Source: a virus. Taken from it: a DNA stretch of 64,000 bases. This document shows, piece by piece, positions 56,468 to 64,000 of this stretch. Position 1 is the first letter of the stretch. The number at the start of each line of letters is the position of its first letter. The notes under the pieces were generated by a model. It was not told the origin of the DNA and did not search any database. It worked only from the letters and a program-made list of their open reading frames with translations. Made by a program: the position numbers and the translations under genes. The stretch lies in IMG/VR virus record IMGVR_UViG_3300027863_000019, positions 1 through 64,000 of that record; one strand, written 5' to 3'.

Positions 56468-58861
56468 ATGTCAACGATTCCAGATTATGTAAAGAACCTG
56501 CTTCTGCAGAGTTCTCCTAACGCTATTGTACCTCCGCAAAAACCTGTAAGACCATTTAATGGATTAGCCTTTGTAGGCATTGCTCCAGGCTCAGATGAAG
56601 TTGAGCAAGGTCAAGTCTTCTGCGGCCCTTCTGGGCAGATCTTAAATAAGGCTCTTTACTTTTCTGGTATTGATAGAACTGAATGTTGGGTTGGAAATTT
56701 AATTCCTTGTAAACTCCCGGGTAATAGAACTCCATCGAAAGGTGAAGTTATGTTATTTCGTGGGCAGTTAATTCAAGCGTTGAAAGAAATTCAACCTAAA
56801 GTTATTGTCACGATGGGAGCTGAACCAACTAGAGCATTCTTTCCTGAGACTGATATTCAAATAATGACGATGCGATCTCACGTCTTAGAATGTCCAGAAC
56901 TTCCTGGCGTTCAAATAATGCCAACAATTCATCCCTCGTATATCCTTCGCCAAAGTCTTTCTTTAGCAGCACTGTTAATAAACGACTTAATGATCTCAAA
57001 AGAGTTGTTACAAGGTAAGCCAAGATATCGTCCTTGGACTTATGAGTTTATTACAAGTCTTGAACAACTTGATTCTATCCTTACTGCGAATAAAGGAACA
57101 TTAATGTTCCTTGATACGGAAGCTACAAGTACTAATCCGCATCAAGCTGAACTCTTCATGATTAGTTTTTGCTTTGCGGATAATATCGATAAGGGTTATT
57201 GCATTCATACTCCATCATTATATTACGATGGTTTAATGGGACCAGAAGAATTACTTGATGGAACAAGTCATCTAACACCAAGAGAAAAAGCTCTTGAGGT
57301 TTTCAAGAGACATAATTTCCAAACTGGAGTCTTTAACATGTTATATGACTATGTGTTATTGCAACGGTTTGGATATTCACCTGATGTCTATGTTGATCCA
57401 ATGTATGCGTTTACGCTGATCGATGAGAACTGTCCTAAGAGCTTATCTAATCTTGGAAGCTTCTTCAGCGGTATTGGTCCATACACGATGGACTATACGT
57501 CGGTAGATATCGATCAATGGATTCCTTATGCAGCATGTGACGCTGTGAACTCAGCTCGAGTTTGGGAAGCAACGAAAAAACACTTTGAAGAACTCCCAAA
57601 GAAAAATCTACTGTTCAAATATTTAATGCCGTTGCTCAGAACCTTGGCGAAAGTTTCAATTAATGGTCTTGGAGTTAATCTTGAAAAGCTAGGAGAGGTT
57701 GACAAACATCTCTCGAGAGAGATTGGCAGTAAAGTTCATATGATGCAGCAAGCCGTTGGCTTTAGTTTCAATCATCGATCTAGTGATCAGCTCGCGAAGG
57801 TTTTTCAAAAGTTAGGAATTCCAATTCGTGGAAAGACTAAGACCGGTAAGCCGAGTTTTAATAAAGAGGTATTAAGTGGCTTATCAGAAAGATACCCATT
57901 CGTACAAACGCTCTTAGAAGTTAAGTCGATGGAGAAAATGCACTCTTCTTATGTGAAGAATATTCAGAACTATGTTGATTCTAATAATCGTGTTCATACG
58001 AACTTCGATATTAAGAAGACGGGTAGATTATCTGCAACTGAGCCAGCGTTACAGACTCTACCACGTAAGTCCATTATCTTGGAATTGTTCGCCGCGAAAC
58101 CAAATCATACTTTAATTAAGTGTGACTTTAGCGCCGCTGAGTTGAGATGGATGGGATTCTTATCAGGTCAACACGAATGGTTAGATCCTACGATCGATAT
58201 TCACGTGAACAATGCATCGTTCTTCTTTAAGGTTCCTCGTGAATCGGTTTCAAGTGAGATGAGAACGAAAGTAAAGTTTATTGCGTTTGGTAAAATTTAT
58301 GGTTCGTCTGATTCTCTTCTCGCGAAGCAATTAAAAACATCTGAACATGAGGCGAAGAAGTTAAACGAAATATTCTTTAAGACCTTTCCTAAAGTCTATG
58401 AGTATATGGTTCGTACTGAGGAAAAGGTTAATGAGATTGGCACACTCCAAAACTGGTATGGTCTTGAAAGGCATTTCTTCTTTGATATGCAATTTGGCGC
58501 ACCTGGTGATAGAGCTAGGGCGGTTCGTGAAGGATATAATTTTGGACCACAATCAACGGTAGCAATGTGGACGAATATGTCTTTGATGAAGGTACATAAT
58601 TGGTTGGAAAAGAATATGCCCGAAGCGAAAGTCGTTCTCCAGATTCATGATGCTATAATCGTTGAATGTCCGAATGATTTGTTACCTAAAGCTATTAACG
58701 CGATCTGGCAAATTCTACGTAGACCAATCTGTAAGAAGACTGGATTCTTTCTCCCGGTTGATACTTCAATTGGTCCTGATCTCTTACATCAGGAGCTGAT
58801 CATTCCCTTTTATGTACAAAATTTAGAAGAGATCGGAGGAGGCTTACAAAAGGCGTCATGA
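56468..58861 (+). CDS. Family A DNA polymerase with N-terminal family-4 UDG domain and 3'-5' exonuclease
   Basis: VGIAPG..E...FCGPSG, NRTP, HPSYILR; DTE; TGRLS, DFSAAELR, K...FG..YG, QIHDA. Confidence 0.92.
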   Translation: MSTIPDYVKNLLLQSSPNAIVPPQKPVRPFNGLAFVGIAPGSDEVEQGQVFCGPSGQILNKALYFSGIDRTECWVGNLIPCKLPGNRTPSKGEVMLFRGQLIQALKEIQPKVIVTMGAEPTRAFFPETDIQIMTMRSHVLECPELPGVQIMPTIHPSYILRQSLSLAALLINDLMISKELLQGKPRYRPWTYEFITSLEQLDSILTANKGTLMFLDTEATSTNPHQAELFMISFCFADNIDKGYCIHTPSLYYDGLMGPEELLDGTSHLTPREKALEVFKRHNFQTGVFNMLYDYVLLQRFGYSPDVYVDPMYAFTLIDENCPKSLSNLGSFFSGIGPYTMDYTSVDIDQWIPYAACDAVNSARVWEATKKHFEELPKKNLLFKYLMPLLRTLAKVSINGLGVNLEKLGEVDKHLSREIGSKVHMMQQAVGFSFNHRSSDQLAKVFQKLGIPIRGKTKTGKPSFNKEVLSGLSERYPFVQTLLEVKSMEKMHSSYVKNIQNYVDSNNRVHTNFDIKKTGRLSATEPALQTLPRKSIILELFAAKPNHTLIKCDFSAAELRWMGFLSGQHEWLDPTIDIHVNNASFFFKVPRESVSSEMRTKVKFIAFGKIYGSSDSLLAKQLKTSEHEAKKLNEIFFKTFPKVYEYMVRTEEKVNEIGTLQNWYGLERHFFFDMQFGAPGDRARAVREGYNFGPQSTVAMWTNMSLMKVHNWLEKNMPEAKVVLQIHDAIIVECPNDLLPKAINAIWQILRRPICKKTGFFLPVDTSIGPDLLHQELIIPFYVQNLEEIGGGLQKAS

Positions 58862-59121
58862 GATTAATTCTGGCAGTACTGTTACTGACACTTTTTAGCG
58901 GATGTACAACAGTCGCTTTACTGACTGTCGATCTATACGATGGATGCCGAGTACAATATGTTGTCGGAAAAGTTTCAAGTCCTTTTAGAACTGGAATGAT
59001 TTGGTGCGATCGTTGGTATTACGATTCAGCAACACAGAAGTCGGCGCTCGTTCGATCTGATGCAACCAGAACAGATAGCGAAAAACCAAGTCTTCCAACA
59101 ATTCCGGTGATACCTTTTTAA
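58858..59121 (+). CDS. Lipoprotein
   Basis: LLLTLFSGC lipobox. Confidence 0.65.
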   Translation: MRLILAVLLLTLFSGCTTVALLTVDLYDGCRVQYVVGKVSSPFRTGMIWCDRWYYDSATQKSALVRSDATRTDSEKPSLPTIPVIPF

Positions 59122-59125
59122 AGGA

Positions 59126-59440
59126 TTGATTATGTTATCCGAACTTCATCGAATCTATGAAACGTGTTTCGCGTTAATCCTGGCGTCACATAATGCAAAT
59201 ATACTTATTACGCTTTTGAATTCGTTTTTTAATTTCGCTAACTTTATCATTACCATCGCGATAATCACATCGATCATTCGTTTTCATAGGAAGTCGGCAG
59301 TACGTGATGCGGATAAGGTTCATCGTATTGAAGAATTTAAAAGGATTGATTTCGAGAAACTAAGCAATATTTCGACGCAGTTGAATCGCATCGAAGATTA
59401 TGTTAAAACTCGATATCCAGAAGATGAGAAGGAACTATGA
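59126..59440 (+). CDS. Single-TM protein, tandem paralog of 59437
   Basis: TM segment then D...EEFK...QLNRIE. Confidence 0.65.
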   Translation: MIMLSELHRIYETCFALILASHNANILITLLNSFFNFANFIITIAIITSIIRFHRKSAVRDADKVHRIEEFKRIDFEKLSNISTQLNRIEDYVKTRYPEDEKEL

Positions 59441-59781
59441 TAAATTTCGATGCTATACAATGGACGATACAATGGTGGACTAGCGTTGAAGCTTTACCTG
59501 CTAGGTCTATTGTAACCTTAGTTAATATGGGATTGAGTCTCGTCAATCTCTTAGTTATTATTTCCGTTATCATTACAATGAGGAAGTTTCGAAAAAGAGT
59601 TTCTGTACAAGATGCTAGTAGAATTGCATACCTTGAAGAGTTTAAAGTTTATGTGAAAAACTTTTTTACAAAGCTTGACTCCATGGCAGAACAGCTTGAT
59701 CGAATCGAAAATAGACAGAGAGGTCAAAAATGTGGGTGCGGCTCGGAGAATGCAGAAGATGCGGACAATGCTGTCACTTAA
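59437..59781 (+). CDS. Single-TM protein, tandem paralog of 59126
   Basis: TM segment then D...EEFK...QLDRIE. Confidence 0.65.
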   Translation: MINFDAIQWTIQWWTSVEALPARSIVTLVNMGLSLVNLLVIISVIITMRKFRKRVSVQDASRIAYLEEFKVYVKNFFTKLDSMAEQLDRIENRQRGQKCGCGSENAEDADNAVT

Positions 59782-59999
59782 AGAACTTATTAAAATCTTC
59801 TGTGCATCAAAGTGGAACACAATGTAGTCATCCTGATGCTGTCTGTAAACATCTTAAAATAGGTGTAGAGGGCGAAGAAGCTACATGTCTTATTTTTGGA
59901 AAACCAAATAGACCAATTGCATGTTCGCTACATCCTAGCAGTCCAGATTCGTTGACTCCGGGGTGCAGTTATACTTTTGTCTGGGTAATCGGGAGTTAA
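59730..59999 (+). CDS. YkgJ/CxxCxxCC-like protein
   Basis: CRRCGQCC...CKHL...CLIF...RPIAC..HP. Confidence 0.75.
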   Translation: MWVRLGECRRCGQCCHLKNLLKSSVHQSGTQCSHPDAVCKHLKIGVEGEEATCLIFGKPNRPIACSLHPSSPDSLTPGCSYTFVWVIGS

Positions 60000-60144
60000 G
60001 ACGTTATGACTACCTGCACTAGTTGTAGGAGATGCGTTTTTATTGTGGATGCTTGGACTACAGATGGTCAAAATACTTTATGTGAGAGAGCATTCACGTC
60101 TTGACAAAGACGATCAAATAAAAAAAACGTTTAAGGAATAAAAT

Positions 60145-60558
60145 ATGTTCACAATCAAACGCCGCGCTTCATTTGAGTATGCTCATCGCCTTTTAAACCA
60201 TCCAGCTTTATGTCAGTACTTGCATGGTCATTCAGGGCATGCTGAAGTTGAAATTATGTCTAACGCCTTAGACGATCAGGGAATGGTGGAAGACTTTTCT
60301 GTATTGAAGAAAGCTATGAACGCCGTTCTTGATCAATGGGATCACGCAACTTTATTGCAAGCGACCGATCCATTAAAACCAATCTTCGATCTACACAATC
60401 AAAGAGTTTATACGTTCGAAGAGCCTCCTACTGCCGAAGTAATGTCAAGGACGCTTTTCAATAAACTACAAGATTTCTTTCCTGGTCGTGTGAAGAGAGT
60501 GACAATAAGTGAGACAGAGAACAATCAAGCGACTTTCGAGAGAGGAATTGATTCATGA
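60145..60558 (+). CDS. queD: 6-carboxytetrahydropterin synthase
   Basis: FEYAHRL..H...C..LHGHS, GMV.DF, WDHA.L, PTAE, ISETE. Confidence 0.93.
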   Translation: MFTIKRRASFEYAHRLLNHPALCQYLHGHSGHAEVEIMSNALDDQGMVEDFSVLKKAMNAVLDQWDHATLLQATDPLKPIFDLHNQRVYTFEEPPTAEVMSRTLFNKLQDFFPGRVKRVTISETENNQATFERGIDS

Positions 60559-60860
60559 TCACTCAGGCAGAAATAATTGAAGTTCTCAAGATGCAATCGA
60601 TCTTGAATGGTTCAATCTGTTTACTTATTGCATTGATAGGTCTTGCTGGATTGCTCGGCGCCTATACGATCATCAGAAATGGATTGCAGGTGGATGATGC
60701 GGACTCGAAACGATGGATGACTTCCTTGGGCATTACTTTAGGAATTATCTCCTTAGCAGGTTTCTGTGTCTTCTTTTGGATGGGATTAACTCGCGTAGCT
60801 AATCCTGGAATGGCAGCGATTGACTTTATCGTTCGTACAGCTCAAGGCAAGTTGTTCTAA
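60555..60860 (+). CDS. Two-TM membrane protein
   Basis: Two hydrophobic segments. Confidence 0.7.
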   Translation: MITQAEIIEVLKMQSILNGSICLLIALIGLAGLLGAYTIIRNGLQVDDADSKRWMTSLGITLGIISLAGFCVFFWMGLTRVANPGMAAIDFIVRTAQGKLF

Positions 60861-60863
60861 AGA

Positions 60864-60980
60864 TTTGGAGAGCGACCTCCTGCCGGTACAAGCGAGCCCG
60901 CCGGTTACTTTGACTCCCACTTCACGAGTGTTCAAGGCTCTCCAAAAATTCCCATGACCAACACTCGTGAAGGGGCTCGC
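60864..60980 (+). ncRNA. Candidate structured cis-regulatory or pseudoknotted RNA
   Basis: Three perfect complementary pairs of 10, 8 and 13 bp with crossing topology. Confidence 0.45.
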
Positions 60981-60988
60981 ACTTAACT

Positions 60989-61219
60989 ATGGCCACATTC
61001 GTTGAATTATATTTAGATGGTAAAGTTGAATTAGAAGACATCGATCGGTTCATCGAAGTGTGGTATTCGGATCGTCTTGAAGAAAGATCACTCCATGAAT
61101 TTTTAGGATTGACAGAGAAAGAGTACGACCAATGGGTAGAAAACCCGAACGTATTTCGAGTACTAAGAGCTGTAAACCCGGAACAACAGCCAAGGCACAA
61201 AAGAAGCGCATCAAAGTAA
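60989..61219 (+). CDS. Hypothetical protein
   Basis: DIDRFIEVW...LHEFLGLTEKEYDQWV. Confidence 0.7.
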   Translation: MATFVELYLDGKVELEDIDRFIEVWYSDRLEERSLHEFLGLTEKEYDQWVENPNVFRVLRAVNPEQQPRHKRSASK

Positions 61220-61593
61220 GTTCTGCTAAAGCTAAGGGTAGAAATCTGCAGCATTGGGCTTGTCAGAAGATTAGTGATCTTACTGGACTACCGTGGGGGA
61301 AAGACGAACATATTGCATCCCGTGAAGGTGGTCAATCAGGCGTTGATGTTAAGTTAATTGGTAAAGCGAGAAAGTTATTTCCATTTAGCGTGGAATGTAA
61401 GAATCATAAGACGTGGCGTATAAAAGAATGGATCGAACAAGCTATTTCAAATTGTATGCCAGAAACTTACTGGTTGCTTATTTTGAGAAAGTCAGATAAA
61501 ATTAAAAAGAATAGAATTGAAAATATTGTAGTCATGGATGCAAACGATTTTTTCGAATTGATTTCTCGCCTCGGGGGTTTTGAGGATAAGTAA
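61132..61593 (+). CDS. Holliday junction resolvase (PD-(D/E)XK)
   Basis: SAKAKGRNLQ, GVDVKL, FPFSVECKN, QA..N. Confidence 0.8.
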   Translation: MGRKPERISSTKSCKPGTTAKAQKKRIKVSSAKAKGRNLQHWACQKISDLTGLPWGKDEHIASREGGQSGVDVKLIGKARKLFPFSVECKNHKTWRIKEWIEQAISNCMPETYWLLILRKSDKIKKNRIENIVVMDANDFFELISRLGGFEDK

Positions 61594-61953
61594 TGAGTTT
61601 ATCTGAACCGATTATTACACTCGATCACTCAAATAAACATAGAGTCTATATTTATTCAAGAAACGCGAGCGATGGGATGGAAAGTATTTCTAGATTTAAA
61701 AACGCATGAAACCCAATCCACTACAATTCAAGTTATAGATTGGGTAGGGAAAAGTAGAATAGATTTAATGACAGTCGTATATACTCCTGAAACAAGAATA
61801 AATATTAAGCACAAGAGATATGCCAAAGAACTCGCAGTTAAAACATTAACGACCTCATCAATGATAGAAGAGAAATCATTTAAGAATCGGGTATCGAAAG
61901 TCCACGCAGCTAATTTTGATGGCATCGTTTGTCCAGCAATTGCTGCATTGTAG
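61593..61953 (+). pseudogene. pyrF: Decayed orotidine-5'-phosphate decarboxylase
   Basis: PIITLD in one frame; VFLDLKTHE, DLMTV, LAVKTLT, DGIVC in another; large deletions. Confidence 0.65.
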
Positions 61954-62058
61954 ACAAGAGAAGTTTTTCCTGGCGCTACTTGAAGAAAATCCACGATCGA
62001 AATATTCTACTGAACAGCTAAAATTTCATCTCGACAGGCTGCAAAAAGGACATCGCAC

Positions 62059-62538
62059 ATGGAAAATTCAACCGAAGTTCTAATGGGCTTTGATGCAAAG
62101 TCAGCTTTGGCGGAGATTCGCGCGGACGAGAAACCAAGACGTGGGAGAAAGAAAGGAAGTCGAAATAAACGCGAGACGAAGTTTTCAAGTGATGCAAACG
62201 AAACAAAGAGAGAGTTAATCAGGAAGATCGAACTAATCTACAAACAGTTTTCGTTTGAACGTAGTGAAGAGTCTCCATTAACTAATTTCTCCGAAAGAGA
62301 TTTGCAGGTTCACTTTAATCGTTTACAATGGGGTCAGAATTCTATAACAAAAGGTGTATGCGTTCTCGAACCTGAGCAGATACCTGAGAATGGATTCTAC
62401 TGTAATTGTCCTCCATTCCATAAAATCTGGACTAATGCATTTTACTGTCAAATGAGAATTGTATATCCAAGTCTCTATCCTGGATGTACTTCATGCGAGA
62501 GGTGGAGGGAACATGAAGAAGATAGTTCCAGTGCCTGA
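62059..62538 (+). CDS. Hypothetical protein with C-terminal Cys cluster
   Basis: 159-aa ORF. Confidence 0.65.
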   Translation: MENSTEVLMGFDAKSALAEIRADEKPRRGRKKGSRNKRETKFSSDANETKRELIRKIELIYKQFSFERSEESPLTNFSERDLQVHFNRLQWGQNSITKGVCVLEPEQIPENGFYCNCPPFHKIWTNAFYCQMRIVYPSLYPGCTSCERWREHEEDSSSA

Positions 62539-62760
62539 TGGTTTTTCGGTTGATATCCCAGATTTTAATCTGGTGTTCAATGTATCACCATTTCCAGTTA
62601 TCAAACCCGTTGTACTAACTGAAACTCCCTACGAAGTAGAAGATCACTTAGTATGGGTTCATATGAATAATAAACTTTACGGACTCTTTGATCGTAAAGT
62701 GTTAAATAAACATCGCTGCCCTACTTGTGGACAAGAGTGGCATTATGAAGGAGAGATATC

Positions 62761-63576
62761 GTGAAACCAGTAATCGTTGATGATGCTCGTGACTTGCCCG
62801 AGGCATGGATGAATCTTCTCAGAGCAATCTTTACACAAGGAAGAGAATATGAAGTTATCGAAGGCTCTCGTGCGGGGGAACGTCGCAAAACTATTGACGG
62901 TCTTGGATATATTGTGCATCCGGATCATCGTCCTCTCGCACCGATGCCTAGGGCTGGGCTCGCAACGCCAACTTCTATTGACGGCATCCAAGAATATTTC
63001 AACGATTATCTCGTTCGAGAAGATGGACCTCCAGGGTCAAAAGCTCATTACGTCTATGGTAAATGGATCGCTCCCATGATTGAATGGTCTGCCAAATATC
63101 TTGCAAATTGGGGACCTGGTCAAGCTCATTGTTGTATTAGAGTAGGAGATGCTTGTGATGCAAAGCAGTACGATACTGACTATAAGGTTCAGTGTCCTTG
63201 GTGTATTGAAGCTAAACCAAATCCAGAGTGCATGCTTTGCAGGGGAACTGGTTTTATGAAAGATGAGACCAAACGAATTACGACTCCATGTTTGGTGAAT
63301 ATGTCATTGCAAATCGTTCCACATACTGATGGAAACTTTTATCTCAAGCATCATATCACTTATCGTTCATGGGATGCCTTTAATGGTTGGCCTGAGAATA
63401 TGGGTGGATTTCAATTAGTTAAAGAAACTATCTATGATTTGATGCATCAATTCGAGCCCTTTGAGTGGTTGCCCAAAAACGCTAAGTTTCTCAACGGTCC
63501 TGCTACATGGAGATGTTGGGATGTGCATGTATACTCTGCGGATTATGATGCTGCCAAAGCTTGGATTGGAATGTAG
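62761..63576 (+). CDS. thyA: Thymidylate synthase-like protein with Cys4 insertion
   Basis: YVYG, TPCL, YRSWD..GWPEN, HVY; insertion CPWC...CMLCRGTG. Confidence 0.75.
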   Translation: MKPVIVDDARDLPEAWMNLLRAIFTQGREYEVIEGSRAGERRKTIDGLGYIVHPDHRPLAPMPRAGLATPTSIDGIQEYFNDYLVREDGPPGSKAHYVYGKWIAPMIEWSAKYLANWGPGQAHCCIRVGDACDAKQYDTDYKVQCPWCIEAKPNPECMLCRGTGFMKDETKRITTPCLVNMSLQIVPHTDGNFYLKHHITYRSWDAFNGWPENMGGFQLVKETIYDLMHQFEPFEWLPKNAKFLNGPATWRCWDVHVYSADYDAAKAWIGM

Positions 63577-63618
63577 AGTTTCTGAAGAATTACGACAAGA
63601 TAACTAAGAGAGGACCGC

Positions 63619-64000
63619 ATGACTGTCGAACTTGTTAAAGCTTACTTAAAGCGCCACATACACTTTGGAGAGTTTGAATTACACTCGGGAGTAGTGACAA
63701 ATTACTATATCGATATCCGTCCTCTCTTTCTCGATTCCTTGATCACTTATGACACTGCAATGATGATGTTTACAAAGTTGAATCCTGATATTCAATTCAT
63801 CGCTGGAGTCGAAAAAAGCGGTTTCATTATCGTTCCAAGTTTGATCGCGATTTGTCATCATCGTCCTTTGAAGGGAGTTCTTGTTCGTAAGATTCCAAAG
63901 ATGCATGGACTCTGTCGAATGGTCGAAGGAGATAGAATTCCTCTAGGAAGTAAGATGGCAATCGTAGATGATATCATTACAACTGGTGCATCGCTAAGGT
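63619..64000 (+). CDS. pyrE: Orotate phosphoribosyltransferase (runs off window)
   Basis: FGEFELHSG..NYYIDIR, VRK..K.HG...VEG, IVDDIITTGAS. Confidence 0.88.
   Translation, partial: MTVELVKAYLKRHIHFGEFELHSGVVTNYYIDIRPLFLDSLITYDTAMMMFTKLNPDIQFIAGVEKSGFIIVPSLIAICHHRPLKGVLVRKIPKMHGLCRMVEGDRIPLGSKMAIVDDIITTGASLR

Noticed and set aside
60875-60910. Twister ribozyme or preQ1 riboswitch call
   Set aside because: Only partial resemblance (CCGGT-ACAAGC); conserved core elements could not be placed, so it is kept as a generic structured RNA candidate

Overview
This is a 64 kb segment of a large dsDNA bacteriophage-like genome with almost all genes on the + strand. No capsid, terminase or integrase gene is recognisable in the window. 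Layout: (1) 1-1.4 kb holds a near-consensus sigma70 promoter pointing into a ~1.2 kb 8-mer (AACGATCT-type) minisatellite, followed by a 240-nt cytosine-free stretch. (2) 1.5-8.2 kb is an early, host-takeover-like array of small genes. It includes a DUF1874/AcrIII-1 ring nuclease and a thermonuclease, and many genes are preceded by a repeated leader made of a covarying hairpin, a (GGGT)4-type G-quadruplex motif and a Shine-Dalgarno sequence. (3) 8-10.6 kb is non-coding and repeat-rich, with 55-bp tandem repeats. (4) 10.6-45 kb is an accessory region with a ~15-member paralogous 7-Cys protein family, five tRNAs plus tRNA relics, a PEP synthase with a degenerate C-terminal domain, QueE, a VWA/AAA pair, a CX5R phosphatase, an endolysin and several pseudogenes. 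A conserved TTTTCTCCCTTT-N-TAAAAT promoter motif recurs here. (5) 45-64 kb is a replication and nucleotide-metabolism block: sigma factor, SF2 helicase, DnaB, intein-containing primase, DpdA/TGT-like protein, UDG-PolA fusion, QueD, Holliday-junction resolvase, decayed pyrF, thymidylate synthase and pyrE. QueD, QueE and the DpdA-like gene point to 7-deazaguanine DNA modification. A PxxKW-family gene and a spanin-like pair suggest a Gram-negative, possibly Desulfobacterota-like host (inference). All calls come from visual motif recognition; no database searches were run.
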